Shown one piece after another: positions 19,659 through 28,945 of a stretch of 64,000 nt of DNA. Below the pieces are notes generated by a model. It was not told where the DNA came from. It saw only the letters and a list, made by a program, of their open reading frames with translations, and searched no databases. The stretch covers positions 14,564 through 78,563 of the forward strand of contig JANXLY010000172.1 in NCBI GenBank assembly GCA_025354885.1, read 5' to 3'. Within the stretch, counting starts at the first letter, position 1. Every line of letters starts with the position of its first letter. This DNA is from Acidobacteriota bacterium. Lineage in GTDB: Bacteria; Acidobacteriota; Terriglobia; Bryobacterales; Bryobacteraceae. The position numbers were made by a program, and so were the translations under genes.

Positions 19659-19759
19659 CAGGTAAGTTTCGAATGGATCGGAAAACCTATTAGTATGCTG
19701 CAATCGGGCTACAAAAATCAACCAGGAAAGAAAGTTTCCAGTTTCGATAGAATCTTTGC

Positions 19760-21016
19760 ATGCAACGCCGACAATTTGTAAGCCTGCCCGCCGTCCAATA
19801 TGCTGCAGAAGCTGCCAAGGCAGCTGAGCCGGAACTAGTGCCGAGTTGGCCTGTCTTTGATGAACTCGAAGAGACTGGCCTGAAGGCTGTGCTGCGGAGC
19901 GGAAAATGGGGGAGGGGCAACGGAGGCGCGGTTGCCGAGTTTGAGAATCGCTACGCAGCGCTCACGGCGACGCAGCACTGCCTTGCGGTGGCGAATGGCA
20001 CATCTGCGCTGCTTGTGGCTCTGGGAGTGCTTGGAATTGGTCCTGGGGATGAAGTGATCGTGCCGCCCTACACCTTTATTGCGACGGTGAATGCGGTGCT
20101 TCGTTTTCATGCGGTGCCGGTATTCGCCGACATTGATCCGCTTACGCTTCAGATGGACCCCAAACGAGTGGCCGCGCAAATCACGCCACGAACGCGAGCC
20201 ATCATCATGGTGCACATGGCAGGCGGAGTGGGAGAACTTGGCCAGGTGATCGAGCTGGGCCGCAAGCACAATATCCCGGTGATTGAAGACGCTGCCCAGG
20301 CGCATCTTGCGGAATGGCAGGGGCGGCACGTCGGGGGGCATGCAACGCTTGGCTGCTTCAGCTTTCAAGCATCGAAGAATCTGAATTCGGGAGAGGGCGG
20401 CGCAGTAGTGACCAATGATGCGGCGCTGGCAGAGAAGGCGTTTGCCTTTCACAATAACTCGCGGGGCCGGACGCAGCCGGGTACCGAATTTCATTACGAG
20501 ACGTCGGGGGCTAATTTGCGGCTGACCGAATTTCAGGGGGCGCTGCTCACAGCGCAAATGTCGCGGATCGACAAGCAAGCGCGGCGGCGCAGCGCTACCG
20601 CGAAGAAGCTGGACGAAATTTTCAGCAAAGTAGATGGGCTCAGTCCGTACCATGTTGCGAAAGAATGCACTCGCAACGCCTACCATCTCTACATGTTTCA
20701 CTACGATGCGGCGAAATTTGGTGGACGGAGCCGAGGGGACTTTATGAAGTACCTTGCCACGAAGCGGATTCCAGTGTCGGGTGGATATGCGCCGCTGCAG
20801 GATGAGCCGTTTTTGAAAAATACGTTTGAGACGCGTGGCTACCAGTTTGCTTACGGCAAGAACTACTTCGAGAAGTGGCGCAAGAGGAACGATTGCCCGG
20901 CCAATCGCAAGGCCTGCGGCGAAGCAGTGTGGTTCACGCAGAATCTACTTTTAGCTGAACCGGAATTAATCCAAAAGATCGACAAGACTGTCGAATCCTG
21001 GGCTCGAATTCGATAG
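19760..21016 (+). CDS. DegT/DnrJ/EryC1/StrS aminotransferase with twin-Arg-like N-terminus
   Basis: IEDAAQAH, SFQASKNLNSGEGG; N-terminus MQRRQF. Confidence 0.93.
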   Translation: MQRRQFVSLPAVQYAAEAAKAAEPELVPSWPVFDELEETGLKAVLRSGKWGRGNGGAVAEFENRYAALTATQHCLAVANGTSALLVALGVLGIGPGDEVIVPPYTFIATVNAVLRFHAVPVFADIDPLTLQMDPKRVAAQITPRTRAIIMVHMAGGVGELGQVIELGRKHNIPVIEDAAQAHLAEWQGRHVGGHATLGCFSFQASKNLNSGEGGAVVTNDAALAEKAFAFHNNSRGRTQPGTEFHYETSGANLRLTEFQGALLTAQMSRIDKQARRRSATAKKLDEIFSKVDGLSPYHVAKECTRNAYHLYMFHYDAAKFGGRSRGDFMKYLATKRIPVSGGYAPLQDEPFLKNTFETRGYQFAYGKNYFEKWRKRNDCPANRKACGEAVWFTQNLLLAEPELIQKIDKTVESWARIR

Positions 21017-21029
21017 GCTTACGCATAAT

Positions 21030-24000
21030 ATGCGTATTTGCGGAGTGATGCTACTTACGGCTATGTACGTATGGAGCCAGAATATTTCCAGTTCGATCAG
21101 TGCCACTGTGGTCGACCAGAGTGGTGCAGTGTTGGCCGGAGCGATGATCCAGGTAGTCGATGGGGCCAATGGATTTGAGCGGAGTGGTGCCAGTAATGAA
21201 AAGGGGTTCTTCAGTTTTCCTGACTTGAAGCCGGGCGGATATGCACTCAGCGTCAACGCTCAGGGATTCAAGAAATACCAGCAGCGAGGCATCGAACTGG
21301 TGTCCGGAGAACAGCGCAGCCTGGGCCAATTGAAACTGCAGGTTGGCGAGACGAGCGAGAGCGTGACGGTGACGGCCGAGTCAACGAGAGTTGAGCTTGG
21401 ATCGAGTGAAAAGTCGGGGACCCTGACTGGCAGAGAATTGAACGAGATGGCTCTGAAGGGCCGCGATTTCTTTGATGCAATCGGCCTGATGGCGGGAGTG
21501 GTGGATGTCGCGGATAATCGCGATGCGCCAGGTGCCGATAGCGTCGGCAATCTGCATATTGCGGGGGGTCGCAGTGCATCGAAGAATGTGACGATCGACG
21601 GGGTTACGAGCCTCGATACCGGCTCAAACGGCAGCATGCACACGACGCCGGGTATGGATTCCATTGGTGAAGTACGAGTGCTGATGTCGACTTATGCAGC
21701 GGAGTACGGGCGTAATTCCGGGGGGAGCATTACGGTGATTACAAGGGGCGGCGGAAAGAAATTTCACGGCTCGGTAGGTGCCTACTACCGTCATGAATCT
21801 TTCAGTGCGAATGAGTGGTTTAACAACCGCAACGGGATCCAGCGTCCGCCCTATCGCTACAACATCGGGAGCTATGCGATTGGCGGCCCGGTGTACATTC
21901 CTGGCAAGTTCAATCGGGACCGCTCGAAGCTTTTCTTTTTCTGGAATCAGGAATTCCAGCAGCAGAAGGTGGTCTTGGGAGCAGCGCGGACGGTACGCGT
22001 GCCGACGGGGCTCGAGCGCATCGGAGATTTTTCTCAGACCTTTGATACGGCCAACAAGATCATTCCGGTATACGACCCGCAGTCGAATCAGACCCAATTT
22101 CCCGGGAACCGAATCCCGGATTCGCGATTTAGCGTGCCTGGACGCAAGGTGCTGGATCTGTTTCCAATGCCAAACTTTGTTGACCCGCTAGTGAGCCGCC
22201 GCAACCAATGGAATTACATTTCTAATCTGAGTGGATCATTTCAGCGTCACTCAGAGACGGCGCGCATCGACTACGCAGCTCGCAAGAACATGCAGACCTA
22301 CTTGCGTATCAGCAACAGTTTTGAAAACCAGGCACCGCCCTACGGAGTCTGGGTAAACGGAAGCGTGAATTATCCGCTGACCCCTATTGTTTACAAGCGC
22401 CCGGGCCGGGCGGTTACGCTGTTCAATACCTTTGCGATCTCACCGACATTCTTTGCCGAAACGATCTTTGGAGCTAGCCAGAACAAGCTCTTTTTCTATC
22501 CGGAAAATGAAGCTGCCGTGAGGCGCAAAGATACCGGCATCGATATCGCGCAGTGGCGTCCGGATCTGAACTCGGAAGGGTTCATCCCCAACATGAGTTT
22601 TTCAAGTGTTCCCAACTATGCCAACCCGACGATGAACAATGGCATTCCTTACTACAACTCGAATACGATCTTCAGCCTGGTACAGAACTTCTCTAAGATC
22701 TGGCAGACGCACACGATTAAGTTCGGAGCCTATTTTGAGAGAACGCGCAAGGACCAGAGCGCCAGTGTTGCCACGCGCGGCTCAATCAGTTTTGACCGCG
22801 ACCGCAACAATCCGCTCGACACCAACTACGCTTACTCGAACGCACTGATCGGATCGTATGACTTTTATACGGAAGCCACAGACCGGCCCCAGGGGCAGTA
22901 TCGATTTACGAATCTTGAGCTCTTTGTGCAGGACGCCTGGCGTGTGAACCGGAAGCTGTTGATCGACTACGGAGTTCGAGCATACATCGATGCACCGCAG
23001 TATGATGCGCGCTCGCAACTGGCCAGTTTTTCACCAGCCGACTACAATCCAGCCAAGGCACCAGTGCTGTTGCGCCCGGCCTTGATCGGTAGCACGCGTG
23101 TTGCCAGGGACCCTGTGTCGGGCAAGACTTTCCCCGAAGGTTTTATCGGTACCTTTGCCCCTGGACAGGGCAATCCGGCGGAGGGAATGATCCTTGGCGG
23201 CAAGAATGGTGCCCCACGCGGCATGTACACGCAAGCGCCTTTGTATTTTGCGCCACGCATCGGTTTTGCCTGGGATCCATTCGGGAAACAGCGCACGGCA
23301 ATTCGCGGTGGCGCGGGCATGTTCTACGACCGCATCCAGGGAAACCCGACCATGGGCCTGTTAGGCAATCCGCCTACGATCTTCAACCCGACGGTTTACT
23401 ACGGGACGCTGGAGAGCCTGGCGCAGACGGGTGGCAGCGGTATTCTGGCACCGGCAGGGACTGTAACTTCCATGATTGGACGCCAGAGCCCGCCTACAAC
23501 TTACAACTTCAGCTTTGGCCTGCAACATCAATTCAGCAAGACGCTCATGGTGGATGCAAGCTACATCGGTGCTGTTTCGAACCACCTTTTGTGGGTGCGC
23601 AACATCAACCCCGTGCCGTGGCGCGCAAACCATCTCGATGTTTATCCGGAAAACCGGGACGCCACAATTACAACGAGTGCGCGGCCTTACCCGGCAAATT
23701 TCCTCAGACCGACGCAGGGCTACGGGAATATCAACCTGTATGAATTTGCCTCGAACTCGAACTACCATTCACTGCTGTTCTCAACGGGGCAGCGGTTTCG
23801 AAACGGAACCACGTGGGCAGTTGCCTACACCTTCTCGAAGGCACTTGGCACGGCGAGTAATGATACAACGGCAGTAAGTTCGTTCTTTGCCCCACGAGAT
23901 CGCAACTATGGCCCGCTTAGCTTTGACCGCAACCATGTCTTCAACTTTCGTTATACGATGCGGGTGCCGAAGCTGGGCAAGAAGTTGAACAGTCCGTTGT

Positions 24001-24464
24001 TGGGTTTGGTGACGGATGGATGGGAATTGGCAGGGATTTCGCGCGGACAAAGTGGAGCGCCCATTTCTCCCGGCTACACGCTCACGAGCGGAGTCGATAT
24101 TACAGGCACGCCGAGCGAAGGTGCGCGGCTGAATTTGTTGAATGCTTCGGCAATTCCAGCGGAGCGGTTTTCGGCTCCTGTGCGCGGCGATGGAGGCAAC
24201 CTGGGGAGCAACGTGTTGCGTGGCCCGGGCTGGTTCAACTGGGACGTATCGGTGTTTCGCAATGTGCGGCTCAAAGAAGGACGCAATATGGAGCTTCGTC
24301 TCGAGTCTTACAACACGACAAATCACCCGCAATTTTCCGGCCTGTCCGGGACTGCGCGTTTTGATACTGCGGGGACAACCGTGCAAACGGATCCGCTGTT
24401 TTTACAGCCTACCTCGGCCCGAAGCCCGCGGCGAATTCAGTTGGCAGTACGCTTCAATTTCTAG
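21030..24464 (+). CDS. TonB-dependent receptor (carboxypeptidase-regulatory N-domain, Oar-like)
   Basis: Signal peptide, DQSGAVLAGA, AEYGRNSGG plug, FAPRIGFAWD, C-terminal RRIQLAVRFNF. Confidence 0.95.
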   Translation: MRICGVMLLTAMYVWSQNISSSISATVVDQSGAVLAGAMIQVVDGANGFERSGASNEKGFFSFPDLKPGGYALSVNAQGFKKYQQRGIELVSGEQRSLGQLKLQVGETSESVTVTAESTRVELGSSEKSGTLTGRELNEMALKGRDFFDAIGLMAGVVDVADNRDAPGADSVGNLHIAGGRSASKNVTIDGVTSLDTGSNGSMHTTPGMDSIGEVRVLMSTYAAEYGRNSGGSITVITRGGGKKFHGSVGAYYRHESFSANEWFNNRNGIQRPPYRYNIGSYAIGGPVYIPGKFNRDRSKLFFFWNQEFQQQKVVLGAARTVRVPTGLERIGDFSQTFDTANKIIPVYDPQSNQTQFPGNRIPDSRFSVPGRKVLDLFPMPNFVDPLVSRRNQWNYISNLSGSFQRHSETARIDYAARKNMQTYLRISNSFENQAPPYGVWVNGSVNYPLTPIVYKRPGRAVTLFNTFAISPTFFAETIFGASQNKLFFYPENEAAVRRKDTGIDIAQWRPDLNSEGFIPNMSFSSVPNYANPTMNNGIPYYNSNTIFSLVQNFSKIWQTHTIKFGAYFERTRKDQSASVATRGSISFDRDRNNPLDTNYAYSNALIGSYDFYTEATDRPQGQYRFTNLELFVQDAWRVNRKLLIDYGVRAYIDAPQYDARSQLASFSPADYNPAKAPVLLRPALIGSTRVARDPVSGKTFPEGFIGTFAPGQGNPAEGMILGGKNGAPRGMYTQAPLYFAPRIGFAWDPFGKQRTAIRGGAGMFYDRIQGNPTMGLLGNPPTIFNPTVYYGTLESLAQTGGSGILAPAGTVTSMIGRQSPPTTYNFSFGLQHQFSKTLMVDASYIGAVSNHLLWVRNINPVPWRANHLDVYPENRDATITTSARPYPANFLRPTQGYGNINLYEFASNSNYHSLLFSTGQRFRNGTTWAVAYTFSKALGTASNDTTAVSSFFAPRDRNYGPLSFDRNHVFNFRYTMRVPKLGKKLNSPLLGLVTDGWELAGISRGQSGAPISPGYTLTSGVDITGTPSEGARLNLLNASAIPAERFSAPVRGDGGNLGSNVLRGPGWFNWDVSVFRNVRLKEGRNMELRLESYNTTNHPQFSGLSGTARFDTAGTTVQTDPLFLQPTSARSPRRIQLAVRFNF

Positions 24465-25150
24465 CCTTCGATGACTTGCGGATTGGGCGGAGTGTAGTCG
24501 TGATGCGGTGCGTGGAGGTAGCGTTCAATTGCGTTGTGCGCCGCATAAATGAGAGGCGTAAGAGCAATGGCAATGCCGAACTTGTAAGTGTAATTGGTGA
24601 AGGCGAGATTCAGAAAATTGCCCGTGCTGATTTTCCCGGGCAACCAGAAGCCGATGCCGAGAACGATGAAAGTGTCGATCAGTTGCGAAACTGCGGTAGA
24701 GCCTGTGGCGCGAAGCCAGAGCATTTTGCCACCGGTGGCGTCGCGAAAAAGCCAGAACACAGCAACGTCCACCATCTGGCTGACAGCAAAAGCAGTGACG
24801 CTGCCGGCAATGATCCATTGCGACTGGCCGAGTACGGAATTGAAGGCGGCATCCTTGACTGGAGAGATGCTGGAGGCCGGGATACCCATCGAAATGAATA
24901 TGATGACGAAGGCATAGAGGATCAAGCCTACGGTGAGGATGGTGAGTCTTCGTACTCCGGATTTGCCGTAGTATTCGTTGATGAGGTCGGTAGTGATGAA
25001 GACGACGGGCCAGGGGATCACGCCGAGGCTCATGATATATCCGCCGACTTCGATCAGTTTGCCACCGAGAATTTCACCCAGAATTGCATTTGCCACGAAG
25101 AGGCCGGCAAGAATCAGGTATACGAGATCTTTTCTGTTATTTAGGTCCAC
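24461..25150 (-). CDS. yhhQ: Queuosine precursor transporter (YhhQ/VUT family)
   Basis: TDLINEYYG, LWLRATGSTAVSQLIDT, multiple TM helices. Confidence 0.9.
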   Translation of the reverse strand: MDLNNRKDLVYLILAGLFVANAILGEILGGKLIEVGGYIMSLGVIPWPVVFITTDLINEYYGKSGVRRLTILTVGLILYAFVIIFISMGIPASSISPVKDAAFNSVLGQSQWIIAGSVTAFAVSQMVDVAVFWLFRDATGGKMLWLRATGSTAVSQLIDTFIVLGIGFWLPGKISTGNFLNLAFTNYTYKFGIAIALTPLIYAAHNAIERYLHAPHHDYTPPNPQVIEG

Positions 25151-25198
25151 AATTTTTTAGATGCCTTGCTATAGGATACTGGTGGAAGGTTTCAACAT

Positions 25199-25942
25199 AT
25201 GTCAGGCCACTCCAAATGGCACACAATTAAACACAAGAAGGCGTCGATCGATGCCAAGCGCGGGAAAGTATTCACCCGTCTGATCAAAGAAATTCTCATT
25301 GCCGCGCGCAGCGGAGGTGATCCGGATACGAACGCGCGACTGCGAACGGCGATCACGGCTGCGAAGTCTGTATCCATGCCCGCTGATAATATCAAGCGCG
25401 CGATCATGCGAGGTACGGGCGAATTGGAAGGGCTGACGATCGAAGAGGTGAGCTACGAGGGCTATGGCCCTGGTGGAGCAGCCATCATCATCGAATGCGC
25501 CACAGACAACCGGGTTCGAACCGTGAGCGAAATCCGCCACATGTTCACCAAGGCTGGCGGCAACATGGGCGAACCGAATTCGGTGGCCTGGATGTTTGAG
25601 CGCAAGAGCCACGTTGTGATCGAAGGCGACAAGACAAACGAAGAGCAATTGATGGAAGTTGCGCTGGAAGCCGGTGCCGATGATGTGCAGGGCGACGACG
25701 ATAGCTGGACTGTGCTGAGTGCGCCGGAAGCGCATGACGCAATTGTTGCTGCGCTTGCAAAGGCGAAGATTCCGACCTTGTCTGCCGAAGTGGGACTAAT
25801 CCCGAAGAACACGATGGCAGTTGAGCCGAAGAACGTGGCTGGCATGATGCGTCTGCTCGAGCAGTTTGAGGATTATGACGATACGCAAAATGTGTATACA
25901 AATTACGAGCCCGACGAAAGCACCATGGCGTCGATGGCGTAG
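25199..25942 (+). CDS. yebC: YebC/PmpR (TACO1) family protein
   Basis: MSGHSKWHTIKHKK, YEGYGPGG, TDNRVRT. Confidence 0.97.
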   Translation: MSGHSKWHTIKHKKASIDAKRGKVFTRLIKEILIAARSGGDPDTNARLRTAITAAKSVSMPADNIKRAIMRGTGELEGLTIEEVSYEGYGPGGAAIIIECATDNRVRTVSEIRHMFTKAGGNMGEPNSVAWMFERKSHVVIEGDKTNEEQLMEVALEAGADDVQGDDDSWTVLSAPEAHDAIVAALAKAKIPTLSAEVGLIPKNTMAVEPKNVAGMMRLLEQFEDYDDTQNVYTNYEPDESTMASMA

Positions 25943-25948
25943 GATACT

Positions 25949-26419
25949 TTGAAAATCCTCGGCATTGACTGTGGCACAGAACGGACCGGCTACGGAATTA
26001 TCGAAAGCGATGGCAAGCGTCATGCGGCCATCGCTTTTGGCGTTTTGAAAACGAATCCGAAGGAGCCGATGGCGGATCGGCTGTGCGTGATCGCGAGGGG
26101 GCTTCGCGATCTGATCGCAGAGTATCGCCCGGACGAAGCAGTGATTGAAGAAGTGTTTGTGGCGAAGAATACGCAGAGTTCGCTGAAGCTGGCGCAAGTG
26201 CGTGGAGTGGCGATGGTGATGGCGCGTGAGGCGCCGATGGAAGTGCATGAATATAGTCCGCGAGAGATCAAGATGGCAGTGGTGGGTTATGGCAATGCGG
26301 AGAAGAGCCAGGTGCAATTGATGGTGCGGGCGCTGCTTGGTCTGGACACGACGCCGCCTGAAGATGCTGCCGATGCCCTTGCGGCAGCGATCTGTCGCGC
26401 AACAATGAGAAGAGTATGA
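25949..26419 (+). CDS. ruvC: Holliday junction resolvase RuvC
   Basis: ILGIDCG..TGYG, IEEVF, DAADALA. Confidence 0.96.
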   Translation: MKILGIDCGTERTGYGIIESDGKRHAAIAFGVLKTNPKEPMADRLCVIARGLRDLIAEYRPDEAVIEEVFVAKNTQSSLKLAQVRGVAMVMAREAPMEVHEYSPREIKMAVVGYGNAEKSQVQLMVRALLGLDTTPPEDAADALAAAICRATMRRV

Positions 26420-27042
26420 CTCGTACGGGATTGTTGACACTGCTGTTTGCCTATGGCCTGCTGGGCCAGGAAGGGACTATTTTCTATTCGAAGAATTTCC
26501 CGAAGTCGAAACCCGAGTATATGGAGATCCTTCTCGAGTCGACGGGTGATGCAATTTATAAAGAGAGCGCCGAGGACGATCAGCCAGTCAAGTTCAAGCT
26601 GCTGCCGGAAGAAGTGAAGGCAGTCTGGGAGCTTGCAGCGAAGGTGAACTGGTTTCAGAGGAAGCTGGAGAGCGGGCTACCGGTTGCCCGCATGGGCGAA
26701 AAATCCTATCGCTACACCAATGGGCCGGTCAAGAACGAGATCAGTTTCAATTACACGCAGGATCTGGATGCGCAGGCGCTGCAGGACTGGTTCGAAAAAA
26801 TGGTGGAGACTGTGAATCTGTATTTCGATCTGGAGCGCACGGCGAAGTTTGAGCGGCTGGGTGTGGATCGGGCGCTACTGCATCTCGAAGCAGCTTGGGA
26901 CAAGAAGCGGCTGCTTTGTTTTGAGCTTTACTACCCGTTGCTCAACCGCATCATCAAGAACGACAGTTATCTGAATATGGCCCGCGACCGTGCAGCGCGC
27001 ATGAAGGCCATGTTTGAAGAAGCACGGAAGAAAGCAGAATGA
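26416..27042 (+). CDS. Hypothetical secreted protein
   Basis: Signal peptide; ATGA-coupled to ruvC and deoB. Confidence 0.8.
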   Translation: MTRTGLLTLLFAYGLLGQEGTIFYSKNFPKSKPEYMEILLESTGDAIYKESAEDDQPVKFKLLPEEVKAVWELAAKVNWFQRKLESGLPVARMGEKSYRYTNGPVKNEISFNYTQDLDAQALQDWFEKMVETVNLYFDLERTAKFERLGVDRALLHLEAAWDKKRLLCFELYYPLLNRIIKNDSYLNMARDRAARMKAMFEEARKKAE

Positions 27043-28202
27043 AAATCGAGCGCGTGGTGTGGGTGGTTCTCGATAGTGTCGGCATTGGGGCGATGCCCGA
27101 TGCAGATCAATACGGGGACCCTGCGGGGAGCGACACACTTGGCAATATTGCGCGGCAGAGGGCATTGCATTTGCCGAATCTGTGCCGTCTTGGCCTGGGG
27201 AATATCAAACCCATTGTGGGACTGGAGCCGGCAGCAGAAGCACTTGCGAGCTACGGGCGTTGCGCGCTGAAAAGCCCGGGCAAAGACACCACCACCGGCC
27301 ACTGGGAGATGATGGGCATCCTGCTCGACAAGCCATTTCCTTTGTTTCCGCAGGGGTTTCCTGCCGATTTTCTCGCGCGCTTTGAAGCGGAAATTGGCCG
27401 CGGCACACTGGGGAACAAGGCCGCTAGCGGCACAGAGATTATTGCGGAACTTGGAGACGAGCACTACCGGTCCGGAGACCCGATTATCTATACAAGCGCT
27501 GATAGTGTGTTTCAAATTGCGGCGCACGAAGAAGTGATTTCTCTGTTCGAGCTTTACCGGATTTGCGAGATTGCGCGCAGAATGCTTTCGGGGCCGCTGG
27601 AGGTGGGGCGAGTGATTGCACGGCCATTTACCGGGTCGAGCGGCGCTTACACGCGAACTACCAATCGCAAGGATTATGCTGTGCCGCCGCCGAAGATGCT
27701 GCTGGATGCGCTCGACAAGGCTGATGTACACGTGCACAGTGTTGGCAAGATTTTCGATATTTTTCTGGGCCGCGGTATTCGTACTTACGACAAGACGAAG
27801 AGCAATGCGGAAGGTATGGCAAAGACCATTGCGGCACTTGGCGAGGTGAAGCGTGGTTTGATCTTTACGAATCTCGTCGACTTCGATTCTCTTTACGGGC
27901 ACCGCAACAATGTTGAAGGGTACGCGAATGCGCTGGAAGAATGTGATGCGGGTCTCCCGGCACTGATGGACGCGCTTGGTCCTGAGGATCTATTGATCCT
28001 CACGGCAGACCACGGTTGCGACCCGACCACACCATCTACCGATCACAGCCGCGAGTATGTACCGCTGCTGGTTTATGCTCCAGGTTCGCCGGTAGGGAAG
28101 AAGCTTGAGACACGCAATTCACTTGCCGATATCGGCAAGACGGTGGCCGAGATTTTTGCAGTGTCGATGACGGCGGGCGAATCGTTTCTCAAACTGCTTT
28201 AG
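27039..28202 (+). CDS. deoB: Phosphopentomutase
   Basis: LDSVGIG, GKDTTTGHWE, NLVDFDSLYGHR, TADHGCDPT, TDHSREYVP. Confidence 0.97.
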   Translation: MKIERVVWVVLDSVGIGAMPDADQYGDPAGSDTLGNIARQRALHLPNLCRLGLGNIKPIVGLEPAAEALASYGRCALKSPGKDTTTGHWEMMGILLDKPFPLFPQGFPADFLARFEAEIGRGTLGNKAASGTEIIAELGDEHYRSGDPIIYTSADSVFQIAAHEEVISLFELYRICEIARRMLSGPLEVGRVIARPFTGSSGAYTRTTNRKDYAVPPPKMLLDALDKADVHVHSVGKIFDIFLGRGIRTYDKTKSNAEGMAKTIAALGEVKRGLIFTNLVDFDSLYGHRNNVEGYANALEECDAGLPALMDALGPEDLLILTADHGCDPTTPSTDHSREYVPLLVYAPGSPVGKKLETRNSLADIGKTVAEIFAVSMTAGESFLKLL

Positions 28203-28939
28203 GCAACTTCAGAAAAATCCAGACGGACGTAGAGCCGCTTGTTGATCTTGCCCTTGTTCTCGGTCTTGAAAATTGAGAAGCGACCGAGTTGAGAGGTGGA
28301 ATGAACGTGAGTTCCACCGCATGCCTGTTCATCAAAGCCTTCTATCGCGACCACTCTCACTTGTCCGTTCCTGACTGGGGGCTGCACTTCGAGGGTGCGC
28401 AGCAGATCCGGTCTCCTGTGGAACTCGGCTTCGGGCAGGAAGAAGGCCCGCAGGGTATGCGCATTTGCAAGTACGCGATTCACCTTTGCCTCCAGCTCAA
28501 GCACAAGCTGCTGGCTGAACCCTTCGATCTTGAAATCGATTCTTGAATAGTCTACTCCGATCTGCGCACCTGTAATCCAGGCGTCGTAGTCACGCAGAGC
28601 GATGGTATTCAAGACGTGCAAAACCGTGTGATAACGCGTCAAAGCCATGCGCCGCTCGACGTCCACAACAAGCCTTGCTGGCTGGCCGAGCCATTCGGCA
28701 GAAGGAGCTTGCGCCAACCGGTGCCAGATCACATCTTCCTGATCTGCCATCACAGCGAGCACGGAAATGAGTTCTGCACCTTCACATTGAATTGTCCCTA
28801 AATCTGAAGGTTGACCACCACCGCCGGCATAAAAACAAGTCTGGTCGAATGCGATACGGTCACCGTCGATGGCTACAACAATCGCCTCAGCGACGAAGCA
28901 ATCATCGTCCTCCCAATAGAGTCGCCTGGTAGGAGTCAT
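28199..28939 (-). CDS. alaX: AlaX-type alanyl-tRNA editing protein
   Basis: TCFYAGGGGQPSD, HTVLH and CGGTH Zn-binding motifs. Confidence 0.92.
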   Translation of the reverse strand: MTPTRRLYWEDDDCFVAEAIVVAIDGDRIAFDQTCFYAGGGGQPSDLGTIQCEGAELISVLAVMADQEDVIWHRLAQAPSAEWLGQPARLVVDVERRMALTRYHTVLHVLNTIALRDYDAWITGAQIGVDYSRIDFKIEGFSQQLVLELEAKVNRVLANAHTLRAFFLPEAEFHRRPDLLRTLEVQPPVRNGQVRVVAIEGFDEQACGGTHVHSTSQLGRFSIFKTENKGKINKRLYVRLDFSEVA

Positions 28940-28945
28940 TTTCCG

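Noticed and set aside
25199-26419. yebC-ruvC without ruvAB
   Set aside because: Split ruv loci are common
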